64,000 bases of DNA from Campylobacterales bacterium (GTDB lineage Bacteria > Campylobacterota > Campylobacteria > Campylobacterales > QNZT01), in assembly GCA_027068765.1 (NCBI GenBank), contig JAMOMC010000188.1:199-64198 (forward strand), read 5' to 3'. Positions 1 to 8,346 of the stretch are shown here, in pieces; the first letter of the stretch is position 1, and every line of letters begins with the position of its first letter. Below the pieces are notes generated by a model. The model made no database searches. It saw only the letters and a list, made by a program, of their open reading frames with translations, and was not told the origin of the DNA. Position numbers and translations under genes: made by a program.

Positions 1-18
1 GTGTAGAGTTTCAGTTAA

Positions 19-411
19 ATGAACTTTGAGTTTCAACTACCATTGTGGGCTATTTTATATTGTGGCTTAATTTTTGCAAATGCTATTATAACGATTATTA
101 TGAGTCAAAATAGAACTAAACTTTATGTTTTAGCTCAGTTACTCTCAACAGCTTTTATAATTAGTTTTTTCTTTATACATTATGGAGCAGTTGCAAAACC
201 TAGTGATGATATGGTTTTGTTTGCTATGCTTGGGTTTATCTTTTTTCAAGAGGTTTTTATAAATCATGAACTATATAAAAGGGTGATGTTTGAGCAGATA
301 CCAAAAGAGGATAGGGCTGTTATGATACCTATTTTTGGTATTATAATGTCTGTTTTCCTTTTGCCATTTTTTTATATTGTGTTTGAAGTTTTAAACAATA
401 ATTTTACTTAA
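19..411 (+). CDS. hypothetical small integral membrane protein (about 4 TM helices)
   Basis: 130-aa ORF with four hydrophobic segments (WAILYCGLIFANAIITIIM, LLSTAFIISFFFI, LFAMLGFIFF, IPIFGIIMSVFLLPFFYIVF). No family recognised. Confidence 0.5.
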   Translation: MNFEFQLPLWAILYCGLIFANAIITIIMSQNRTKLYVLAQLLSTAFIISFFFIHYGAVAKPSDDMVLFAMLGFIFFQEVFINHELYKRVMFEQIPKEDRAVMIPIFGIIMSVFLLPFFYIVFEVLNNNFT

Positions 412-1230
412 ATCCAATTTAATAGTTGTCCCTTTATCTTTTTTTGTATCGATTTTAATATTTATCTTGTTTTTATCACAAAATGATTTTACGATGCCAA
501 GCCCTATACCATACCCTTTTGTTGTTGGGTTTTCTTGAAAAGATTTTTCAAAAATTATGAAGAGATTTTTTGTGTCAATTCCTATGCCACTATCTTGAAT
601 ATGTAGTACTTTATCTTTTAGGTAGATATGTACAAATCCATTTTTTTTATTGTATTTTATGGCATTTGAGATGAGGTTTTCTATGGTTTTTAAGAAACCA
701 TTTTTATCAGTTATTATCTCTGTTTTTGGAATTTTGTTTGTGATTGTTATCTCATCTTTTATCTCTTGAAATTTTGAGATACAATTTTCTATTTCTTGGT
801 ATAAATCAAAAGTATTTTTGTCAATTTGTTCAATATTTTCTTTTATATTGTATTCGATACTTTGGTATAGTTTTGTTAGGTTTTGAGATGCATCTTTAAT
901 TCTATTTAATCTCTTTAAATTTTTTTCATCTTTGATGGATTTTCTTAGCATTGAGATATTTGCTTCTATAGTTGCTATTGGAGTGTTTAATTCGTGGAGA
1001 GTCTCATCTATCATGGTTTTTAGTTTTTTGTCGCTTGTTAAAAAACTATCTGTTAAAGGGATAGCTAAAAATATATAAGCAAAAGCCGAAGCTACAACCA
1101 AGATAAAATCAAGTAACAAACTAGATCCAAGAACATCTCCTAAGATGCGATGAAGTGCCAAAACAGCAACGATTAAAACAACAATAATTAGCAAGTTCGC
1201 AAATAGAAGTTGGGATTTTTTAGAGTTCAA
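391..1230 (-). CDS. two-component sensor histidine kinase
   Basis: N-terminal TM segments, H-box LHELNTPIA, N-box ISNAIKYN, G-boxes DSGIGI and GYGIGLG. Overlaps the upstream response regulator gene by 11 nt. Confidence 0.85.
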   Translation of the reverse strand: MNSKKSQLLFANLLIIVVLIVAVLALHRILGDVLGSSLLLDFILVVASAFAYIFLAIPLTDSFLTSDKKLKTMIDETLHELNTPIATIEANISMLRKSIKDEKNLKRLNRIKDASQNLTKLYQSIEYNIKENIEQIDKNTFDLYQEIENCISKFQEIKDEITITNKIPKTEIITDKNGFLKTIENLISNAIKYNKKNGFVHIYLKDKVLHIQDSGIGIDTKNLFIIFEKSFQENPTTKGYGIGLGIVKSFCDKNKINIKIDTKKDKGTTIKLDLSKIIV

Positions 1231-1876
1231 GTTTGTACCCTATGCCTTTTTGGTTTTTTATCATCTCTTTTCCAAGTATCTTTTTAAGTTTATTTATATA
1301 GACTCTCAAAGATCCCTCACTAGCCTCCTCATTCCACTCCCATAACTTTTCTAATATTGTCTCTTTTGTTACAATTTGATTTTGCTGTTTTACTAAGATA
1401 TCTAAAAGTTCTGATAGTTTTTTAGATAAAATAAGCTCTTTGTTTTTATATTTTAAAGTTTTTTGTTTCGGATAGTAGAGATATTTTCCAACTTTTATCG
1501 TATTTGTAAGGCTTTTTGTTCTTCTTAAAAGTGCAGTTATTCGACTATAAAGCTCATCTAAATCAACAGGTTTTTTCAGATAATCATCAGCTCCTTTATC
1601 AAAACCTTTTAAAATAGAGTTTTTATCTCTAAAAGAGGTTAAAAATATCGCAGGTGTATCATCGTTTTGCTCTCTTATGTTTTGTAAAACTTCAAAACCA
1701 TTTACTTTAGGGACATTTATATCCAAAAGCAAAAGATTGTAACGATTTTCATAACTCTTCTCTAAAGCAGACTCACCATCATTACATATATCAACACAAA
1801 ATCCAAGCTCAGATAAAAAATCTTCTAAACTTTCAGCAAAAAGATTATCATCTTCTAATAGTAGTATTTTAATCAT
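1220..1876 (-). CDS. OmpR-family DNA-binding response regulator
   Basis: REC domain (MIKILLLEDD..LLLLDINVP..KP) followed by a winged-helix output (LRVYINKLKKIL..GYKL). Confidence 0.9.
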   Translation of the reverse strand: MIKILLLEDDNLFAESLEDFLSELGFCVDICNDGESALEKSYENRYNLLLLDINVPKVNGFEVLQNIREQNDDTPAIFLTSFRDKNSILKGFDKGADDYLKKPVDLDELYSRITALLRRTKSLTNTIKVGKYLYYPKQKTLKYKNKELILSKKLSELLDILVKQQNQIVTKETILEKLWEWNEEASEGSLRVYINKLKKILGKEMIKNQKGIGYKLEL

Positions 1877-1934
1877 ATTCTTATGATAGCAATTTTTTAG
1901 TATGATGTATATAAGGTATATAGAAAGGGTTTGT

Positions 1935-2744
1935 TTGAAAATTTTGTATTTAGCGGATGTTATTGGAAGGCCTGGCAGAACGATGGTGAAACATCATATT
2001 GCTAATATAAGGGATGAATTTGGTATAGATTTAGTAATTATTAATGCGGAAAATGCAAGTCATGGTTTTGGTGTGAGTGTTAAAAATGCAAAAGAGCTTT
2101 TTGCTATGGGTATTGATATGATGACAGGTGGAAACCATTCATGGGATAAAAAAGATATTTTGCCTTTGATGGATACACTGCCGATTTTAAGACCTCTAAA
2201 TTATCCTAGAAACTCTCCTGGAAGCGGAGTAGGGTATCTTAGTGTGAAAGAGGAGAAGTTAGTAGTTATCAACATAATGGGAAGTTATACAATGCCGATG
2301 GTTGATAACCCTTTTACGATGATTGTTGATGAGGTTGATAGGTTAAAAAAAGAGGGATTTAAAAATATATTTATAGATTTTCATGCAGAGGCTACTAGCG
2401 AAAAGAGAGCTCTTTTTATGATGTTAAAAGGAAAAGTTAGTGCAATTTGTGGTTCACACACTCATATAGGTACAGATGACTTGGAGATAAATGAGGGCAC
2501 TTTTTATGTTAGTGATGTTGGGCTTACTGGGTGTCGTGATGGTGTGATTGGGATGGATAAAAAACAGCCCATGGAGAGATTTTTAACCTCTATCTCATCT
2601 AAGTTTGATGTGCCAAATAGTTGTAAGAAGATTTTGCAAGGTGTTGTGTTTGAGCTTAAAGATGGTAGATGTTTAGATGCATTTAAAATCAAAGCTTATG
2701 ATTATGAGAGTGTAATCATATCTCAAAGGGCTTTTTGTGAATAA
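1935..2744 (+). CDS. YmdB-like metallophosphoesterase (TIGR00282-type 2',3'-cyclic-nucleotide phosphodiesterase family)
   Basis: Motifs GDVIGRPGR-like (LADVIGRPGR), NAENASHGFG, GGNHSWD, DFHAEATSEK, GSHTHIGTDD. The family normally starts MKIL..., so the TTG at 1935 (LKILYLADV) is preferred over the ORF-track ATG at 1902. Confidence 0.85.
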   Translation: MKILYLADVIGRPGRTMVKHHIANIRDEFGIDLVIINAENASHGFGVSVKNAKELFAMGIDMMTGGNHSWDKKDILPLMDTLPILRPLNYPRNSPGSGVGYLSVKEEKLVVINIMGSYTMPMVDNPFTMIVDEVDRLKKEGFKNIFIDFHAEATSEKRALFMMLKGKVSAICGSHTHIGTDDLEINEGTFYVSDVGLTGCRDGVIGMDKKQPMERFLTSISSKFDVPNSCKKILQGVVFELKDGRCLDAFKIKAYDYESVIISQRAFCE

Positions 2745-3390
2745 TAGTTTTGAACTTTTTGTAGCTTTAAAAAATCAAAATCTTTTAAGCCAAACAGAGG
2801 ATCTTAACTGGTGGCCAAATAGTGGTAGTTTTGAGGTAATTGTTGGGGCGATTTTAACTCAACAGACAAAGTGGGTTAAAGTAGAAAAATCTTTAGAAAA
2901 CTTAAGAGTTCACAACCTTTTGCATCTTGAAAAGATAGCTGATATAGATGTAAAGATATTGGCAGAGTTTATAAAACCAAGTGGTTTTTATAACACAAAA
3001 GCAAAACGCTTAAAGATGCTTTGTCATAAAATTATTGAGGTATATAGTGATTTTGATAACTTTAAAAATGAGGTTACAAGAGAGTGGTTATTGGCACAAA
3101 AAGGGATAGGATTTGAGAGTGCGGATGCGATTTTGTGTTATGGGTGTGGTAGAGAAATTTTGGTAGTTGATAACTATACAAATAAACTTTTAAAATCTTT
3201 TGGATATGAGTTTGAAACTTATGAACAGATGCAAGAGTGGATGATGAAGGGCATAGAGGAGAACCTTGAAAATATCTATAAGCTTTATGAGGGCAAAATT
3301 AATTTATACACGATTTATTCACGATTTCATGGGAAAATAGTAGAGCTTGGAAAAAGCAAAAAAGATATTAGGGAGATACTGTTATGTTAA
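2737..3390 (+). CDS. HhH-GPD superfamily DNA glycosylase (endonuclease III-related / MagIII-like), no Fe-S cysteine cluster
   Basis: ILTQQTKW motif, a helix-hairpin-helix (LLAQKGIGFESADAILCY) and a following Asp (VVDNY). The C-terminus lacks the 4-Cys cluster. Confidence 0.75.
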   Translation: MNNSFELFVALKNQNLLSQTEDLNWWPNSGSFEVIVGAILTQQTKWVKVEKSLENLRVHNLLHLEKIADIDVKILAEFIKPSGFYNTKAKRLKMLCHKIIEVYSDFDNFKNEVTREWLLAQKGIGFESADAILCYGCGREILVVDNYTNKLLKSFGYEFETYEQMQEWMMKGIEENLENIYKLYEGKINLYTIYSRFHGKIVELGKSKKDIREILLC

Positions 3391-3605
3391 AGGAAGAAAA
3401 TATAGATATCACCAAAAAAGAGCACTACATAGTTCAAGTTGCAGAGTTTGAACAAAAGTGCAAAGATAAGATTAGTGAGCTTAAATGGGCTGATGATGAG
3501 TTTGAAGAGTCAGTTATCAAAGATGAGTTAAATAAATATACAACAAGATTAAAAATGCTAAATGATAGATTGTTAATTATTTCAAAGATGGAGAGGAGAG
3601 CTTAG
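3384..3605 (+). CDS. hypothetical small acidic/coiled-coil protein
   Basis: 73-aa ORF that overlaps the upstream gene by 7 nt (ATGTTAA coupling). No family recognised. Confidence 0.4.
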   Translation: MLKEENIDITKKEHYIVQVAEFEQKCKDKISELKWADDEFEESVIKDELNKYTTRLKMLNDRLLIISKMERRA

Positions 3606-3617
3606 CTCCTCTTTTTT
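3592..3617. terminator. weak hairpin plus T-run between convergent genes
   Basis: AGAGG(AG)AG-cttag-CT CCTCT followed by TTTTT. It overlaps both stop codons. Confidence 0.3.
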
Positions 3618-4539
3618 AAAATTTTTTAGTATAAGTGTGGCAGTATGGCTGTTGATTGTTTTTCTTATAATAGTCTTGATGATACTCTTCAGCTTTATAA
3701 AAAGGGTGACTTTTAGCTTCGATTAACTTTGTAGCTACTTTATATCCTCTATCTTCTAAAATCTTTATAAGTTTTAAAGACTCCTCTTTTTGTTTTTCAT
3801 TATTATAGAATATAGCAGATAGATATTGTGATCCAATATCTGGTCCTTGACCATTTGCTTGACTCATATCATGTATCTCAAAAAATAGCTTTGTTAATGT
3901 TTCAAAATCAACCTTTGTTGGATCATAAGTAACCTCTACTACTTCTAAATGCCCTATTGTGCCTGTACAAATCTCTTTGTAAGTTGGATCTTTTGTTTCT
4001 CCACCCATATAACCACTCTCTGCTGATATAACTCCTTTTAATTTTGCAAAATGGTACTCAACTCCCCAAAAACAACCTGCTGCAAAATATGCTTTTTTAC
4101 TATTTTTGTCGTTCGCACCATCAAACTCTAGTGAGATAGAGTTTACACAATGTCTTGTGTTTTTAGAAGTTAATTGCTCCCCTTCAAAAACATGACCTAA
4201 ATGCCCATCACATTTTGCACAAACTATCTCAACTCTTCTACCATCACTATCTGGAACTCTTTTTATAGCCCCTTGTATCTCATCATCAAAGCTTGGCCAA
4301 CCACAACCTGAACTAAATTTATCTGATGAGTTATAAAGAGCTGCTCCACACTGTTTGCACTTATAAGTTCCTTTTTCATAAAATGTATCAAATTTTCCGC
4401 TATATGGTGCCTCTGTACCTTTGTGTAAAATTACCCTCTCTTCTTCTTGTGTAAGTTTTTTAAATTCCACTTTTTCCCCTCCGTGTAAATATATAAAGCC
4501 TATCATGATAAGCACGAATATTAAAACATTCTTTTTCAT
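3616..4539 (-). CDS. msrAB: secreted bifunctional methionine sulfoxide reductase, MsrB domain followed by MsrA domain
   Basis: Signal peptide MKKNVLIFVLIMIGFIYL. MsrB shows CxxC pairs (CKQCG, CAKCDG), GCGWPSF and RHCVNS. MsrA shows GCFWGVE. Confidence 0.9.
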   Translation of the reverse strand: MKKNVLIFVLIMIGFIYLHGGEKVEFKKLTQEEERVILHKGTEAPYSGKFDTFYEKGTYKCKQCGAALYNSSDKFSSGCGWPSFDDEIQGAIKRVPDSDGRRVEIVCAKCDGHLGHVFEGEQLTSKNTRHCVNSISLEFDGANDKNSKKAYFAAGCFWGVEYHFAKLKGVISAESGYMGGETKDPTYKEICTGTIGHLEVVEVTYDPTKVDFETLTKLFFEIHDMSQANGQGPDIGSQYLSAIFYNNEKQKEESLKLIKILEDRGYKVATKLIEAKSHPFYKAEEYHQDYYKKNNQQPYCHTYTKKF

Positions 4540-4557
4540 AAATTTCCCTTAAGCTCT

Positions 4558-5331
4558 CTAAATCTCTATCTCTAGCCCCACAGGACAGTGATCACTTCCC
4601 ATAACTTTATCTAAGATATATGCATTTTTGATTTTATCTTTTAAATCTTCTGATACAAAAAAATAGTCAATTCTCCAGCCGACATTGTTCGTTCGTGCAT
4701 TTGCTCTGTATGACCACCAACTGTATTTGTCTGTTAACTCTCCGTGTATGTGGCGAAAGGTATCTATATACCCTAAAGAGGTAAATTTATCTATCCAATC
4801 TCTCTCAATTTGTAAAAAGCCTGAAGTGTTTTCATTTGCTTTTGGTCTAGCTAGGTCTATCTCTTTATGGGCTGTATTTACATCTCCGCAGACGATTATT
4901 GATTTTCCTTCAGTTCTTAGATTTTCAAGATGCTCTAAAAAACGATTATAAAATGCCATTTTGTACTCTAATCTCTCCTCATTTCTTTGACCATTTGGAA
5001 AATAGACATTAAAAAAAGCGATATTTTCAAAATGAAATTCATTTATCCGCCCCTCATCTAAAATATCAATATGTGGAGAAGTGCAATGTTTTATAGGCTC
5101 TATATCTGTAAAAAGAGCTACACCTGATTGCCCTTTGTTTGAAGATGAGTTTACGAGAGTGTTTTTATACTCTCTGTCAAAAATTGTTTGGGGAATTTGC
5201 TCTTTTTGAGCTTTTATCTCTTGTAAGCCTAAAAAGTCAATATTCTCTTTATCTACCCATCTTAAAGCTTCTTTTTTGTCAACTGCTCTTATGCCATTTA
5301 CATTCCACGATATAAATTTATATGTTTTCAC
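4558..5331 (-). CDS. xth: exodeoxyribonuclease III
   Basis: Motifs SWNVNGIR, LQEIK, GDVNTAH, WSYR and SDHCPV, typical of the Xth/APE1 family. Confidence 0.9.
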   Translation of the reverse strand: MKTYKFISWNVNGIRAVDKKEALRWVDKENIDFLGLQEIKAQKEQIPQTIFDREYKNTLVNSSSNKGQSGVALFTDIEPIKHCTSPHIDILDEGRINEFHFENIAFFNVYFPNGQRNEERLEYKMAFYNRFLEHLENLRTEGKSIIVCGDVNTAHKEIDLARPKANENTSGFLQIERDWIDKFTSLGYIDTFRHIHGELTDKYSWWSYRANARTNNVGWRIDYFFVSEDLKDKIKNAYILDKVMGSDHCPVGLEIEI

Positions 5332-5379
5332 TAGTTTCTATCCTTTTGCTTGGTATGATAGCAAAAAAAATGGATTTAT

Positions 5380-8214
5380 TTAGACAAGTAGAGCTTGTTC
5401 TTTCTCTTCATATACAAAAAGTTCAGGCTTATCTTTAGGCTCTCCCAAATAAAACCCTTGAGAATAATCAGCCCCCATCTCTTTAGCGATGTTATAAACA
5501 TCTTCATTGTGTACAAACTCTACGATAGTTTTTCTATTTAGTTTTTTACAAAATGAGATAATTGCTTTTGTAATTATTTTTGCATCTTCATCTTTATCTA
5601 TATTTTTCACTAAAGAGCCATCAATCTTTAGATAATCAGCATCTAGTGCCAAAATATGCTCAAAATTAGAGTAACCACTTCCAAAATCATCAATTGCAAC
5701 TTTTGCTCCAAAGCTCTTTATCTCTTTTATAAAATCTGAAACTTTAGAGTAATCAGCAATTTCTTCAGACTCCACAATCTCAAAAATAACTCTTGAAGGT
5801 TCATTGAAATTTTGAAGAGACTTTTTTACAAATTTTGTTGTTTCATAGTCTTCTATATCTTCAGGAGATAAGTTGATTGAAAACTCATATGGTAAATCTC
5901 TAAAAGTATCAAATGATTTTTGTATCACAATTTTAGTTATTTGGCTGTAAAGATTTGCTTTTTTGGCAATATCTAAAAAGAAAAATGGTGACACAACACT
6001 TCCATCTTCTTTTATAAGTCGTACTAAACTCTCATATTTATTAGCTTTTGCTGTTTTATTGTCTATAATTGGTTGAAAATATATGACAATCCTATCATTG
6101 GCAATTGCATCTTTTATGGTCTCAATCCAGAGCATATTATTTGCATAATCATTCTTTTTTTGCATAGATTCATCATAGACAAGATATTTTTTATTTGCTT
6201 TTTTTGCACTTTTTAAGGCTGATGATGAAGTTTGGATAAGTGAAGTCAACTCTTTTTTAGCATCTAACTCATCCCCAAATGATATACCAGCTGTTACTGA
6301 AAGAGAGATTTGATTCTCCTCATATTTTATCTTATTTGCTTCAACATACTTTATGATTTTTGATACAAAGTTTACATAATCATCGTGAGAAAAAGAGCCT
6401 AAGTCATTTAAAATTGCAAACTCATCAGCGTGAAGTTTATAAAGATCCACTCGACTACTTTTTGCAATTTTATTTAAAACCATACTAAGTTCAATAAGCA
6501 CTCTATCTCCAACTTGGCTTCCATAAAAATCATTTAATTCGCCAAAAGAGTTGATATTTATAAGCATCATTACAGGATTTTTTATAGTTACCAAATCTTC
6601 TAACATCTGATTTCTATTTGCAAGTCCTGTCAAAAGGTCAGTTCTCTGTTTTTTTAATTCCTCTTTTTTATTTTCTAGCTCAGTTATATCATGTCTTACA
6701 GCTACATATTCATATATCTCACCCAATTCATCAAGTATCGGTATGATAGTTGCATCTACAAAGTAAGCTTCGCCATCTTTTCTTCTATTTTTAACTTTTC
6801 CATGCCATACTTTTTTATCTTTTAGTGTTGCCCACATCTGTTTAAAAGCTTCTTTTGGCATATCAGGATGTCTAATGACACTGTGAGGTTTGCCGATAAG
6901 TTCATTATATCTATATCCTGATAATTCACAAAATTTATCGTTTATATAAGTTATAATTCCTTTTTTATTTGCTTTTGAAACTATACTACTCTCATCTATT
7001 GCCATTTTATATCCACTTAAAAATGACATGTTTGTCCTAATTTTATTGCCCATAAAATTGAAGCTATTTATTACTTCTCCAAGTTCATCGTTTGTGTTGT
7101 GATTGATTTGTACATTTGTATTACCATTTGCTACTTGTAAAGAGGCATCTTGTAGTTTTTTTAAGCCACTCATGATAGAGAGATAAAATGCAGCAAAGAG
7201 ATAAAGTAAAACTGCTGTTGAAACTAAAAAGATAAGTAGATATTGTGCAAATTTATTTTCTATTTTTTCTATTTTTTCAACAATAATACTTTGATATGTT
7301 ATTGCTAATTGATCATATAAATCAAAAACATGTTGTAAAACTTTTGTACCATTTTTAAAAAAGTTTTTTGGATTAAGAGTTAGTTCTTGAGTATTTATAA
7401 TGTGGTTATTGTATGAGTTTAAAAATGTTATTAGTGAGTTATTTGTAGATTTTATCTTTAACTCTGTTTTTTCATAATTTTTTTGCTTAGTTAAGCTATG
7501 GTGGGCTTTTATAGAATCCATACTAGATGTGATAGTAGCATATAGATGCAAGCTATCTCTTTTATCTTCTAAAGCTACCTCTTTTCTTGCTAATATTCCT
7601 GCACCAAGTCCTCTAGCTTGACCTACATTTTCTCCAAGTAGAGGTAGTTTATCTGATAAAATAGTTTCTATATAATTTAAGTCTATATCTATACTTTTTG
7701 AGAAACCTGTTAGATTTGATACTCGCTTCATCTCATTTAAAATAATTTCTATCAATTTTGTGTGTGCTATATTTGAGTGTTTGGCATTAGTATTTGTACT
7801 AATTTTGTCATATTTTAAAGCTTCCCAGCTTTTCATAAGATTTTCTATGAGTTTACTATCTTTATAAAGCATTAGATTTTTTTTATCAAAGTTAAGTATC
7901 ATTTCAAAATCTTGTGAAAGATACTTTTCAGACTTTAAAATATCTTTTTTAAAGGACTTATCCCCACTTAGATAAGCATCCATAGCTCCTCTGTGTTTTG
8001 GAATATGTCTTAGTAGGTTTATAAAAATACCATTATATTCTAATCCTACCATTTTACTTTTTAAGACTTCTCTCTCTTGTTGGATATTAAAAAAGATAAA
8101 ACTTACATAAACTAATAGAGGCAGAAGTATAATGGTAAAGAAAACAGATATTTTTCTCTTGTAAGATAATTTATCCATAAGTAGTGTCATGGGTTTTAAT
8201 AAGCTTTCAAACAA
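5380..8214 (-). CDS. membrane sensor: NIT-like domain, HAMP, Aer-type PAS, degenerate GGDEF, EAL (probable c-di-GMP phosphodiesterase)
   Basis: TM, NIT-like KHRGAMDAYLSG and a second TM. PAS shows GKPHSVIRHPDMPKEAF..KNRRKDGEAYFV. The GGDEF position reads LHADEF. EAL residues ESLVR, NLS, EIVESE, DDFGSGYS, KIDG and QGF are present. The TTG start at 8214 is preceded by AGGAG. Confidence 0.85.
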   Translation of the reverse strand: MFESLLKPMTLLMDKLSYKRKISVFFTIILLPLLVYVSFIFFNIQQEREVLKSKMVGLEYNGIFINLLRHIPKHRGAMDAYLSGDKSFKKDILKSEKYLSQDFEMILNFDKKNLMLYKDSKLIENLMKSWEALKYDKISTNTNAKHSNIAHTKLIEIILNEMKRVSNLTGFSKSIDIDLNYIETILSDKLPLLGENVGQARGLGAGILARKEVALEDKRDSLHLYATITSSMDSIKAHHSLTKQKNYEKTELKIKSTNNSLITFLNSYNNHIINTQELTLNPKNFFKNGTKVLQHVFDLYDQLAITYQSIIVEKIEKIENKFAQYLLIFLVSTAVLLYLFAAFYLSIMSGLKKLQDASLQVANGNTNVQINHNTNDELGEVINSFNFMGNKIRTNMSFLSGYKMAIDESSIVSKANKKGIITYINDKFCELSGYRYNELIGKPHSVIRHPDMPKEAFKQMWATLKDKKVWHGKVKNRRKDGEAYFVDATIIPILDELGEIYEYVAVRHDITELENKKEELKKQRTDLLTGLANRNQMLEDLVTIKNPVMMLININSFGELNDFYGSQVGDRVLIELSMVLNKIAKSSRVDLYKLHADEFAILNDLGSFSHDDYVNFVSKIIKYVEANKIKYEENQISLSVTAGISFGDELDAKKELTSLIQTSSSALKSAKKANKKYLVYDESMQKKNDYANNMLWIETIKDAIANDRIVIYFQPIIDNKTAKANKYESLVRLIKEDGSVVSPFFFLDIAKKANLYSQITKIVIQKSFDTFRDLPYEFSINLSPEDIEDYETTKFVKKSLQNFNEPSRVIFEIVESEEIADYSKVSDFIKEIKSFGAKVAIDDFGSGYSNFEHILALDADYLKIDGSLVKNIDKDEDAKIITKAIISFCKKLNRKTIVEFVHNEDVYNIAKEMGADYSQGFYLGEPKDKPELFVYEEKEQALLV

Positions 8215-8249
8215 AAATCTCTCCTCTCATAATTTTCTATATAAAAGCA

Positions 8250-8276
8250 GTATCGACAAAGTTTTAAATAACTTTA
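8250..8276 (-). promoter_or_regulatory. sigma28 (FliA)-type promoter TAAA-N15-GTCGATAC
   Basis: The minus strand reads TAAA gttatttaaaacttt GTCGATAC. The -10 ends 35 nt upstream of the TTG start at 8214. Confidence 0.6.
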
Positions 8277-8307
8277 AAAATTATATTCTATATATTTTAG
8301 AATATAT

Positions 8308-8316
8308 TGATATAAT
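8308..8316 (+). promoter_or_regulatory. extended -10 (TGaTATAAT) sigma70-type promoter element
   Basis: TGATATAAT lies 31 nt upstream of the ATG at 8347. Confidence 0.4.
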
Positions 8317-8346
8317 CAAACTAAGTTTTTTTTATAAGGTAGAATA

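Noticed and set aside
8283-8305. Inverted repeat ATATTCTA-N7-TAGAATAT upstream of the giant-protein -10
   Set aside because: It is composed purely of A and T in a very AT-rich spacer. Palindromes of this kind are expected by chance, so it is kept only as a note.
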